Positions 55,244 to 64,000 of a stretch of 64,000 nucleotides of DNA are shown one piece after another. Each line of letters starts with the position of its first letter. Position 1 is the first letter of the stretch. The stretch is from Methanomassiliicoccaceae archaeon (GTDB lineage Archaea > Thermoplasmatota > Thermoplasmata > Methanomassiliicoccales > Methanomassiliicoccaceae). The notes below the pieces were generated by a model. The model was given only the letters and a program-made list of their open reading frames with translations. It had not been told where the DNA came from and made no database searches. The stretch covers positions 64,001-128,000 of the forward strand of contig CAVSJV010000004.1 of NCBI GenBank assembly GCA_963728405.1. The letters are read 5' to 3'. A program made the translations under genes and the position numbers.

Positions 55244-57166
55244 GTGGCCCTGGTCCGATTAGGAAAGATCCCATTGAGATGGTGCGACGCGTGCAACGTT
55301 CCGGTCCTGGAGAACAAACAGTGTGGACGCTGCGGCGGGGATACTCGCCAGATGGAGATCACGCCGCCCGGTGATGCCCGACCGGCTTCTGCCCACGATA
55401 TCGCTCTGGTTCGGGAAGTGATCGACCGACAGTTCGGGCCCGGCTGCGGCCTGGCGGCCATCCCGGACGGCCATTTCATCCTCATGAACAAGGCCCCTGC
55501 CCTCGACCGGATGGATGAGATCATCATCGACGGCAAGGTCGCGGGGACGCTTCGTTATGACTTCGACCACGGATGGGTGTTCCTCGCCCGTATGGTCGCG
55601 GCCAAGGCCATGCAGCGCGTGGCCACCAAAGGTATCGTGGAGGCCGATGACGGGGCGGTGAGGCCCATCCTCGGCGGCTCGAGTCTTTTGGTCCCAGGGG
55701 TCCTCACTTCGAGCTCGGACATCAAGGTCAACGACGAGGTCATTGTGATCGACCGGCAGGGCAGGGCTTTCGCCGCTGGCCTGGCCCGGATGAGCCATGA
55801 GCAGATGGACCCGGACACCAAGGGCATGGCTGTAAAGGTCCGCTGGTACGAAGCACCTGAAGATAACATTGCGGAGAGGCCGGGTTCGGGATGGCCAGAG
55901 GTACTAGTGGCCAACCGACCAGAGATGGATGCTAAGATCGCCGAAGCGGTGAAGTTCATTCATCGAGTGATGCGCGAGCACCCTCTTCCAGCCATGGTCT
56001 CGTTCTCGGGAGGAAAGGACTCCCTGGCCACCTTGCTACTAAGCCTCAAGGCCGGTCTCAAGCTGCCGGTGTTCTTCATCGATACCGGGCTGGAGTTCCC
56101 CGAAACGGTGCAGCATGTGCGGGACATCGCTGCCCGACATCAGCTGGAGCTGATAGTAGAGCATGCGCCGCGGGAGGCATTCGAAGAGGGGCTGAGGATC
56201 TTCGGCCCCCCTGGCCGCGACTACCGGTGGTGCTGCAAGACCAATAAGCTGGGCCCCACTGTCCGCGCCATCACCAAGTATTATCCGAAGGGGGTTCTCT
56301 CGTTCATCGGCCAGCGACGGTACGAGTCCGAGGCCCGCTCCAATAAGCCCCGGGTCTGGGAGAACCCCTGGGTTCCCGGGCAGGTGGGGGCATCGCCCAT
56401 TCAGAACTGGACCGCGATGCATATCTGGCTGCTGATCAAGGGTGAGGGAGAAGAGTACAACCCCTGGTACGACCGCGGCCTGGACCGCATCGGCTGCTTC
56501 ATGTGTCCTGCATCGGACCTGGCGGAACTAAAGGTGGTCCAGCAGGGCTCGGAGGTGTTCAAGGGATGGGACGCGTCCCTCAGGAAGTACGCGGCTTCCC
56601 GGGGGCTGCCGGCCGAATGGGTCGATAATGGTATATGGAGATGGAGGATCGTGCCTCCGTCCATCAAGCAGGAACTCGAAAAGGTCGGCATATCGATCAA
56701 GGCTGAGGAGCTCAGGCCCGAGGACCAGCCGGCCGAGAACCTCAAGCTATTCATCCAGAGGGGGATCTCCCCGTGTACGATGGGGTATTCCATCGAAGGC
56801 GCGTTCAACCGACCGCTGCACCTGGAACGTATCGCCAACACGTTGAACATCATCGGCGATGTGACGGTGAACGAGGAGGAGGGCTGGGTGATGGTCGACG
56901 GCATTACGGTTTTCGATGCCGGTGCACTGATCGGTAAGGACAAAGACGCAGAAAAGTTAAAAGAAAAAGTGGAAAGGGTGCGCAGAACGGTGGTCAAGGC
57001 CGAGGAGTGCGTTGGCTGTGGCGTCTGCACCGCAAGATGCATCGAGGGTGCACTTAGGCTAGAACTGGGCCGTGTTCGCATCGAGGTTGTTAGTTGCGTC
57101 CATTGTGGACGCTGTGCGGAACCGTGCCCAGCAATCACCTTCGGTGACAGCGCCTTCGAGTTCTGA
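55244..57166 (+). CDS. PAPS-reductase-family protein with N-terminal Zn ribbon, PUA domain and C-terminal 2x[4Fe-4S] ferredoxin
   Basis: WCDAC..CGRC, PUA (GSSLLVPGV), SFSGGKDS, RWCCKTNK, RIGCFMCP and two CxxCxxCxxxC motifs. Confidence 0.88.
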   Translation: MALVRLGKIPLRWCDACNVPVLENKQCGRCGGDTRQMEITPPGDARPASAHDIALVREVIDRQFGPGCGLAAIPDGHFILMNKAPALDRMDEIIIDGKVAGTLRYDFDHGWVFLARMVAAKAMQRVATKGIVEADDGAVRPILGGSSLLVPGVLTSSSDIKVNDEVIVIDRQGRAFAAGLARMSHEQMDPDTKGMAVKVRWYEAPEDNIAERPGSGWPEVLVANRPEMDAKIAEAVKFIHRVMREHPLPAMVSFSGGKDSLATLLLSLKAGLKLPVFFIDTGLEFPETVQHVRDIAARHQLELIVEHAPREAFEEGLRIFGPPGRDYRWCCKTNKLGPTVRAITKYYPKGVLSFIGQRRYESEARSNKPRVWENPWVPGQVGASPIQNWTAMHIWLLIKGEGEEYNPWYDRGLDRIGCFMCPASDLAELKVVQQGSEVFKGWDASLRKYAASRGLPAEWVDNGIWRWRIVPPSIKQELEKVGISIKAEELRPEDQPAENLKLFIQRGISPCTMGYSIEGAFNRPLHLERIANTLNIIGDVTVNEEEGWVMVDGITVFDAGALIGKDKDAEKLKEKVERVRRTVVKAEECVGCGVCTARCIEGALRLELGRVRIEVVSCVHCGRCAEPCPAITFGDSAFEF

Positions 57167-57229
57167 CCTTCCAATCAAATAAATGAATGAAAGGGTTTCA
57201 ACCGAAGCGTCCCCGAGTGCCCCCGTCGT

Positions 57230-58483
57230 TCAGCGCACGAAGTCGATACCGTCGTCGTCCGCTGGAGCCTGGGTCTGCCTCTGAGGCTGGGCCTGAGGCT
57301 GGGACCGGTACTGCTGCTGGGGCTGCTGGCCGCCAAGCTTGGGCTTGGCCTCATTGTCAAAGCCGAGCTTTGTGGGGCCCTGACCGCCCTTGCCGTACAT
57401 ATATTTCGACGAAGCGCCGGTGACGATGACCAGGATCTTGATGGTTCCCTCGACCGCGGGATCGATAGAGCATCCCCAGATGATCCTGGCGCGCTCGTGG
57501 ACGGAGTCGGTGACGATCTGTGCGGCCCTCTGAGCCTCTCCGACGGTCATATCCGGTCCGCCAACGACCCTGATCAGCACGCCCTTGGCGTCCTTCAGGT
57601 CGATCTCGCCCAGCAGCGGCGAGCTGAGGGCTTCGTGAACGGCCGCCTTGACGCGGTCGTCCTCTTCAGTGTTCCCTTCGCCGATACCGACGAACGCGAC
57701 ACCGCCTTCCTTCATAACGGTCTGAATATCAGCATAGTCGAGGTTGACCAGGCCGGGTTTGGTGATGATCTCGGTCAGGCCCTTGATGGTCTGCATTAGC
57801 ACCTCATCGGCGACCTTGAACGCAGCGTCGACGGGCAGCTTTGGCACCAGCTCGAGCAGCTTGTCGTTCGGGACCACAATGGTGGTATCGCAGACAGCGC
57901 GCAGTTTGTTCAACCCGATCATGGCGTTCTCGGCGCGGACAGTCCCTTCAGCCTTGAAGGGGAAAGTGACCACACCGATGGTGAGTGCGCGGATCTGCTC
58001 CTTGGCGATCCCAGCGACATAGTGAGCGGAACCGGTACCGGTGCCGCCACCCATTCCGGCAGTGACAAAGACGATATTCGAACCCTGTAAGAAGGCTCTG
58101 ATGTCAGAGTCGTTCTCCCTCGCCGCGGCCTCTCCATTCTCTGGCAGGGCGCCTGCACCCATGCCCCTGGTGGTGCTCCTCCCAATGAGGATCTTCTTCG
58201 GAGCCCGGATGGTCAAAAGGTGCTTGGCGTCAGTGTTGATGGCGCATACCTGGGCCCCGCTGATGCCGGCATCGACGCAACGGTTTATGGTGTTGGACCC
58301 GCCCCCACCACAACCGATGATCTTGATGCAAACATCAAGCTCCTTGGCAATCGCCTCCAATTCTCTGTCCGTGTCCGACATCGGCTGGGCCTGCGGTACT
58401 GGTGCGGGCCCTGCCTGCGGCTTAGCCGTATAGCTTTCCTTGAACTCGCTCCCTAGAGCGTTCTTAACCAATGAATTAGGCAT
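57230..58483 (-). CDS. ftsZ: Cell division protein FtsZ
   Basis: GCGGGGSN, INTDA, GMGGGTGTG, PFKAEG and NLDYAD motifs. Confidence 0.97.
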   Translation of the reverse strand: MPNSLVKNALGSEFKESYTAKPQAGPAPVPQAQPMSDTDRELEAIAKELDVCIKIIGCGGGGSNTINRCVDAGISGAQVCAINTDAKHLLTIRAPKKILIGRSTTRGMGAGALPENGEAAARENDSDIRAFLQGSNIVFVTAGMGGGTGTGSAHYVAGIAKEQIRALTIGVVTFPFKAEGTVRAENAMIGLNKLRAVCDTTIVVPNDKLLELVPKLPVDAAFKVADEVLMQTIKGLTEIITKPGLVNLDYADIQTVMKEGGVAFVGIGEGNTEEDDRVKAAVHEALSSPLLGEIDLKDAKGVLIRVVGGPDMTVGEAQRAAQIVTDSVHERARIIWGCSIDPAVEGTIKILVIVTGASSKYMYGKGGQGPTKLGFDNEAKPKLGGQQPQQQYRSQPQAQPQRQTQAPADDDGIDFVR

Positions 58484-58601
58484 TAGTGCATCCCTCGTCA
58501 GACGGAACAGCCTATCTTGAATATAAATCTTGCGAGTTCCATATGGATGGTTAAAATTATCAATTATGATATTCTAATACTGGAGGTAATCCAGTGCATC
58601 C

Positions 58602-59792
58602 CTAAGTACTTGCCTGTAATCTGTCAGACTCTTGTCCGACGACATCTTGCACCTGGCCCATGACCGCCTCCGGCCACATTACGATGTGGATACTGGGGTC
58701 CTCTTCCAGATGGCGGAACTGGGACTGGTAGACATCCTCGGCCGTGGTAGCGATAATGGATGATGTCACCTTCACGCACACTAGACCGACATTATAAAGT
58801 GTGAACAAGGCGCCCGGATCGCGCTGTTTGACCCGGACCTTGATGCTAGATTCATAATCCTGGATGAAATTCTCCTCGAAGGCTAACAGGATCTCAATGG
58901 CCTCAGAGCGCCTGTTGGCGATCACCAGCGAGGTGACCGAGTCAACCAAACCATGCAAAAGAGATAATATCTGGACGTCCGAAGGGGGCAGCTCTCCCTT
59001 CTTAACCTGGGGCCGTTTGTTCACGTTATCCTTGACCTCCTGGGCAATAATATGGAGGTCGGTGCGCAATTTCGATTCCTTTGTCCGTTCCTCGACAATC
59101 TCTCGGGTCTCATCGAAGTTTCGGTACCGGCTAGCCCTCATGGCCTTTCGCAACGGTTCCTCTATCGCCCCACTATATACGCCCATCCTTGACAGGTCGG
59201 GGGCCATCTTCAGGAGGTCGGCCACATATTCCTTCAACTGCTCCGAGCTCCGATAGCGGTGCTTCACATAATCGAGGCAGAAGCCGATGTCCTTTACCGC
59301 CTCCATGATCTCTCCAGCCGTGAACGTCTCTCTCGATTGATTGGCCAGGGACATTATGTCGTCGACCGGGATGTCCTTTCGCTTGGACATCGCCACCAAA
59401 AGCATGGTCTGCTCGTAGAACGAGGCATATGTGATTGCGTGTGCTCCGACCGCGTCACCCAAGAATCCTTGTACAGCCTTCCTGACATTCCTACTAGGAT
59501 GGACCATATCGGTCAGGATCGATTCCATGCCCATCTTATCCTTGGAGATCATGATGAGCGTTTCTTTGACCGCCTGGCGAACGCGATTGTCTTCGTGCTC
59601 ATAATGCCTAAGGAGCAGAGTTACGGTCTCCAGAGGCTTTGATTCTGCCCTCCTGGCCAGCTTCTGCTGAGCCCTCCTGGCCTCTATCGCCAGAGAGGAG
59701 CGGAATGAATCTATCATATTGGCCTCCAGCCGTTCCTCTTCGTATTTCTTACCAAAAATCCCTATGAACGACATGTTTGGCTCACCAGGCAA
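58602..59792 (-). CDS. Hypothetical helical protein with N-terminal HEAT-like repeats
   Basis: HEDNRVRQAVKETL and HPSRNVRKAV HEAT-like motifs; intact 396-aa ORF. Confidence 0.7.
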   Translation of the reverse strand: MPGEPNMSFIGIFGKKYEEERLEANMIDSFRSSLAIEARRAQQKLARRAESKPLETVTLLLRHYEHEDNRVRQAVKETLIMISKDKMGMESILTDMVHPSRNVRKAVQGFLGDAVGAHAITYASFYEQTMLLVAMSKRKDIPVDDIMSLANQSRETFTAGEIMEAVKDIGFCLDYVKHRYRSSEQLKEYVADLLKMAPDLSRMGVYSGAIEEPLRKAMRASRYRNFDETREIVEERTKESKLRTDLHIIAQEVKDNVNKRPQVKKGELPPSDVQILSLLHGLVDSVTSLVIANRRSEAIEILLAFEENFIQDYESSIKVRVKQRDPGALFTLYNVGLVCVKVTSSIIATTAEDVYQSQFRHLEEDPSIHIVMWPEAVMGQVQDVVGQESDRLQAST

Positions 59793-60018
59793 TACAGGGA
59801 ACTCCTGGTAGCTACAAAAAGGTTGTCATCCAGATGTGTTCAGTTTTTCGATATAGGGAATTTAATTAATTGTTTATAATATTTGATATGACATAGTGTT
59901 CGTGGAGCGCTACCTGGTGGCGACGTTTCGATGCTGGATGGCCTGATTTCAGATATTATTATCAAAACCTATTTATGGCGGCTCTTCGATTAACCAAAAA
60001 TCGGATGCGTTGATTCAA

Positions 60019-60378
60019 ATGAGCGAGCTTTCTCCTGTTCGAAGTGCCTTGGACGATATCAAGAAACAAGATCATGTCCTCGATGCTTCGCTGGTATCCC
60101 GGGGCGGCATGTACGTCATGGGAGGCCCGATAAAGGGAATTCACCGGGAGACCTTCGCGGCCATGTCCGCCATCATCTTGGGGGCAGCAGAGACCACCTC
60201 CACCGAGCTCAAGGACAAGTTGAACAAGGTCTCTATCGAACTAACTGAACAGACCCTTGTGCTCATCGGAATCGGACCAAAGTACCTGGTTGCCGTGATG
60301 CTGGACCAGGAAGGTGACCAGGACAAGGTCGCTAACATGGCCAGGGACCTCATGTCTAAGGTCGAATCGGTGCTCTGA
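60019..60378 (+). CDS. Roadblock/LC7 domain protein
   Basis: ASLVSRGG...ETFAAMSAIILGAAE...VSIE pattern. Confidence 0.88.
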   Translation: MSELSPVRSALDDIKKQDHVLDASLVSRGGMYVMGGPIKGIHRETFAAMSAIILGAAETTSTELKDKLNKVSIELTEQTLVLIGIGPKYLVAVMLDQEGDQDKVANMARDLMSKVESVL

Positions 60379-60457
60379 ACAAATTCCAGCCCCTATTCGA
60401 AAAGGATTTTCTCTAACACGCCTAATATGGAGGCAGAGAGGACGGCCGTTCGCCACT

Positions 60458-61114
60458 TCACATTCTCTTGAAGCCCCGTCTGAACCATCTGGTTATGCCT
60501 ATGGCGCCGTGGCCGAAGCTCTCCGAGGAGGAAAGGTTCTTGCCGACCGCCTTGCACTTGCGGTCCTTGATCGCCTGGATCACGTCCTGGTAGGTCTTAC
60601 TGTCATCTGGCACCTCAGTATATGCCCGACCGATCGAGTTTACATTGTGGGCGTCGCTCCCCCCGATCCCCGGTAGGCCCATCTTCCTGGCGAGCCGATG
60701 GGCCTGGGAATTAGCCCTCTTTTTGGAGCGGCCGTTGATGGTCTCGATGGCATCGAAATCGTTGCTCTTTATGTTCCCCTCCCCTAGGCCGGACCACCAT
60801 CTGAACGGATGGGCCGCTATCGCGATCCCCCCGGCCCGATGTATCCGTTCCAAGGTCTCCGTTACGCCGAGGCCCCGGGGAACCTCCTCCTTGACGCCAA
60901 ACGCCAGGATGTGCCCTTCTTCGGCGGTGATCTCCATGGCCGGTATGACGATGACCTTGGAGCGCGGTCCCCCATTCTGGTGTGCCTTCAAGGTATTATG
61001 GTCAGTGATGGCCACCACCCCTATCCCCAGCTCCTCGCAGCGCTTGAGTAGCTCTTCTACCGTTTGATGGCCGTCGTCGGAGTGAGTGGAGTGGACATGG
61101 AGGTCTGCCTTCAT
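60458..61114 (-). CDS. PHP domain metallophosphoesterase
   Basis: DLHVHS..SDDG, ITDHN, AHPF and GGSDAH motifs. Confidence 0.92.
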   Translation of the reverse strand: MKADLHVHSTHSDDGHQTVEELLKRCEELGIGVVAITDHNTLKAHQNGGPRSKVIVIPAMEITAEEGHILAFGVKEEVPRGLGVTETLERIHRAGGIAIAAHPFRWWSGLGEGNIKSNDFDAIETINGRSKKRANSQAHRLARKMGLPGIGGSDAHNVNSIGRAYTEVPDDSKTYQDVIQAIKDRKCKAVGKNLSSSESFGHGAIGITRWFRRGFKRM

Positions 61115-63327
61115 CTGATGGTCGCTCCGTTGGGGATGCTCTCATCGATCCCGATGGGCGCCCCCTTATCGGTGAAGAACGCCAGTGCTTCTTCCGCTTC
61201 CGGCGCGGGCAGGAAGACCGCGACCTTGGAAATATCCATGCGCTCGGGGCAGCGGCACTTGATGACCCTGCCCACGTCAACCTGCCCTTTGCCGGCGACG
61301 CCAGCGACCCTCAAGGTCAGCTTCTGGAAGTCCTTGAACTCGATCTGTCGGTCGCTGGGGACCAAACCGCTATTCACACTGTCCCCGGGGACCGTGTCGG
61401 CGGGAGGGACGATGAGCTTTACGATCCCGCCTCCCTCGGCCGCCAGGAGCATCCCCTGGGATTCATAGCCGCGTAGCTTGGCCGGTTTAAGATTGGATAC
61501 GACCACGACCTTCTTTCCCTTCAGCTCGTCCAAAGTGTAATATGCTTTCAGGCCGGCCACGATCTGTATCTTGGTCCCGATGTCCACCTGCATTAGGAGG
61601 AGGGCATCGGCGTTAGGGTGGTTCTGGGCCTCGATGATCTGACCTACCTTGAGGTTGAGCGACCCGAATCCCTTGAACGCGGAGTTCGTTTCGTCCTTCT
61701 CCACGGCCACCTTCGAGAACAGGGGCAGCGGCTCCTTCAGCTTCTGGTTCGCGAGAAGGGGCGAATCGACCCCGTCCCATCCGCTCTCGGTCAATTTGCC
61801 CTCGTGACCCAGGAGCTTCCACGCCCCTTCAGCGGAGCGGGGAAGGTATGGGTAGCTGAGAACGGCAAGGGCCTTCACCAGCTGGAGATTGAGGTTCAGG
61901 GCCGAGCCGCACATCTCGCGGTCCTTCTTAATCAGCGCCCACGGACCAACGCCATCGAAGTAGCGATTGCCATACTGCGCCAGGTCCATGATGGTCTTCA
62001 GGGCCCTCTTGAACTCGCAGCGGTCCAGGTTGGAGTCCACCTCCTGCTTCACCCTGGCGATGGTGTCCATGACCTCTTGTCTCTCGGCATCGGTGCCCTT
62101 GTACTCGGGTACCTCGCCGTAGTGCTTATACGTGAAGCTGAGCACGCGGTGATAGAAGTTGCCCAGGGTGGCCACCAGTTCGTTGTTCACCTTGGTCTCG
62201 AAATCGTCCCAGGAGAAGTCGGCGTCCTTATTCTCCGGCATGTTCGCGGCCACATAGTAACGGATGGCGTCGACCTCATACTTCTGGAGGAGCGACGGTA
62301 TGTCGATGCTGGTACCGCGGCTCTTGGACAGCTTGTCGCCCTTGAAGGTCAGGAACTCGTTGGCCGGTACATCATAGGGAAGGGCCAGACCGCCGTAGCC
62401 CATGAGCATGGCCGGCCATATGATCGTATGAAACGGAATATTGTCCTTGCCCAAGAAGTAGTAACCTTTCACTGTGAGGTCGGACCAGTAGGTCTTCCAC
62501 TCGTCCGGACGGCCGACCATCTTGGCCCACTCCTTGGAAGCGGACAGATAGCCGATCACGGCCTCAAACCAGACATAGATGACCTTTCCCTCCCAGCCCG
62601 GGATGGGGACAGGGACCCCCCAGGTCATGTCCCGGGTGATAGGGCGGTCCTGCAGTCCGGCCTCCAACCAGTTCTGGGTGAATAGCTTGACCGAGCTCTT
62701 CCATTGCTCCTTACCGGAGATCCACTGGATGAGCGGCTCCTGGAACGCCGAGAGCCTCAGGAAGTAGTGTTCGGTCTCCCGAAGTTCCGGAGACGTGGCG
62801 CAGTGCACGCATACTGCGCTCAAGAGCTCACCGCCCTCGAAGGTCTTGCCGCACTTCTCACACTGGTCACCCCTGGCCTTCTCGTTACCGCAGGCGGGGC
62901 ATTTGCCCTCCACATAGCGGTCAGGAAGGAACTTGTCGCAGCGGGGGCAGAAGTACTGCAGGGTGCCCTTCTTGTAAAGGAAACCATTCCTCTGCAGGGT
63001 CAGGAAGACATCGGTCACCACCTCGAAATGGTTCTTGGTGTGCGTCTTGGTGAACAGGGAGAACTCGATGTCCAAGCCCTCGATCGATCTCTTGTTGATC
63101 TCATGGTACCGCTCGGCGATCGCTTCCGGAGTGACACCTTCCTTCTCGGCCTTCACCGTGATGGGCGTTCCATGCTGGTCGGAACCAGAGACCATGAGCA
63201 CTTCGTCGCCTTTCAGGCGGTGGTACTTGGAGAAGATGTCGGGGGGAAGGAGAGAACCGGCCACATGCCCCAAATGGATGGGGGCGTTCGCATAGGGCCA
63301 CGCTACGCACACTAGGACCTTAGCCAT
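61111..63327 (-). CDS. metG: Methionine-tRNA ligase with C-terminal tRNA-binding OB domain(s)
   Basis: PYAN..HLGH, GSDQHG, Zn knuckles, YVWFEA, GKDNIPFH, KLSKS and ESQGMLLAA motifs. Confidence 0.97.
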   Translation of the reverse strand: MAKVLVCVAWPYANAPIHLGHVAGSLLPPDIFSKYHRLKGDEVLMVSGSDQHGTPITVKAEKEGVTPEAIAERYHEINKRSIEGLDIEFSLFTKTHTKNHFEVVTDVFLTLQRNGFLYKKGTLQYFCPRCDKFLPDRYVEGKCPACGNEKARGDQCEKCGKTFEGGELLSAVCVHCATSPELRETEHYFLRLSAFQEPLIQWISGKEQWKSSVKLFTQNWLEAGLQDRPITRDMTWGVPVPIPGWEGKVIYVWFEAVIGYLSASKEWAKMVGRPDEWKTYWSDLTVKGYYFLGKDNIPFHTIIWPAMLMGYGGLALPYDVPANEFLTFKGDKLSKSRGTSIDIPSLLQKYEVDAIRYYVAANMPENKDADFSWDDFETKVNNELVATLGNFYHRVLSFTYKHYGEVPEYKGTDAERQEVMDTIARVKQEVDSNLDRCEFKRALKTIMDLAQYGNRYFDGVGPWALIKKDREMCGSALNLNLQLVKALAVLSYPYLPRSAEGAWKLLGHEGKLTESGWDGVDSPLLANQKLKEPLPLFSKVAVEKDETNSAFKGFGSLNLKVGQIIEAQNHPNADALLLMQVDIGTKIQIVAGLKAYYTLDELKGKKVVVVSNLKPAKLRGYESQGMLLAAEGGGIVKLIVPPADTVPGDSVNSGLVPSDRQIEFKDFQKLTLRVAGVAGKGQVDVGRVIKCRCPERMDISKVAVFLPAPEAEEALAFFTDKGAPIGIDESIPNGATIR

Positions 63328-63433
63328 TTTATCATCAATGGATTGTGAAAGAAGGATTTAACATTGACCGCTGACCAGCTAACCGATGGCCCGGGCATTA
63401 TCTTTTTATTGCAGGGGTAGCATTGCGCTCAAC

Positions 63434-64000
63434 ATGCGCATAGCCGTGCTGTTGAGGGATCACTGTCAACCGAAGAAGTGCAACGCCGAGTGCAGGAACT
63501 ACTGCCCGATCGTGCGCACTGGCGTCGAGGCCGTGGTCATGGACGACAGCGACCGCCCCATCATTTCGGAAGAGCTGTGCGCCGGATGCGGCATCTGCGT
63601 GCATAAATGCCCGTTCGAGGCGATAAAGATCATCGGCCTGCCTGAAGAGATGAAGACCGAACTCATGCACCAGTATGGCAAGAATGGCTTTCGCATTTAC
63701 CGTCTGCCCGTTCCCAAGAAGGGGATGGTGACCGGTATCCTCGGTCCGAACGGCATCGGTAAGACGACCAGTATCAAGCTGCTATCGGGGGAGGAGGTCC
63801 CTAACTTCGGCAATTTCGAGACGCCGCTCTCGAAGAGCGAGGTCCTCCAGAAGCTGGCCGGCACCGAGCTAGGCGACTACCTGGCCAAGGTGTACGCCGG
63901 GAAAGTTCGCACTGCTCTGAAGCCCCAGTATGTGGACAAGCTGCCTGCCGTGGTGAAGGGCGTGGTCAGGGACCTGCTGAAGAAGGTCGCTGAGCGCATC
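63434..64000 (+). CDS. Ribosome recycling ATPase ABCE1/RLI (5' part, runs off window)
   Basis: Manual translation: MRIAVLLRDHCQPKKCNAECRNYCP...LCAGCGICVHKCPF...GPNGIGKTT. Confidence 0.93.
   Translation, partial: MRIAVLLRDHCQPKKCNAECRNYCPIVRTGVEAVVMDDSDRPIISEELCAGCGICVHKCPFEAIKIIGLPEEMKTELMHQYGKNGFRIYRLPVPKKGMVTGILGPNGIGKTTSIKLLSGEEVPNFGNFETPLSKSEVLQKLAGTELGDYLAKVYAGKVRTALKPQYVDKLPAVVKGVVRDLLKKVAERI

Noticed and set aside
61618-63315. Long antisense ORFs opposite metG (and similar ones throughout the window)
   Set aside because: Expected shadow ORFs in high-GC coding DNA, with no protein motifs.

Overview
GC-rich archaeal chromosomal segment, most consistent with a Methanomassiliicoccales (Thermoplasmata) methanogen. 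That assignment is inferred from rpl40e, rfcS, ABCE1, archaeal ribB/ribL/ribC/ribH, archaeal PGI/PMI and a REC-DUF835 gene. Core housekeeping genes occupy about 1-15.5 kb and 49.3-64 kb. Between them lies a ~33 kb accessory island with three parts. The first is a largely bacterial-type sugar catabolism cassette: GH15 hydrolase, D-2-hydroxyacid dehydrogenase, ROK glucokinase, class I GAPDH, PEP synthase, PfkB kinase, class I aldolase, GpmA, and a PGI cut out of a decayed transaldolase-PGI fusion. The second is a class III polyphosphate kinase 2. The third is a pH/ion-homeostasis set: two P3A-type H+-ATPases, ClC-CBS, two APC permeases, a CPA1 antiporter, TrkAH, MscS and a USP. I propose this island is a laterally acquired acid/energy-stress survival system. 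Separately, at least 13 apparent frameshifts, including ones in eno, topA and ribH, are 1-2 nt insertions in or touching the palindrome ACGT. This points to systematic long-read errors at a modified (probably methylated) host motif rather than true pseudogenes. No rRNA, tRNA or CRISPR array was seen. All annotations come from motif recognition by eye; no searches were run.
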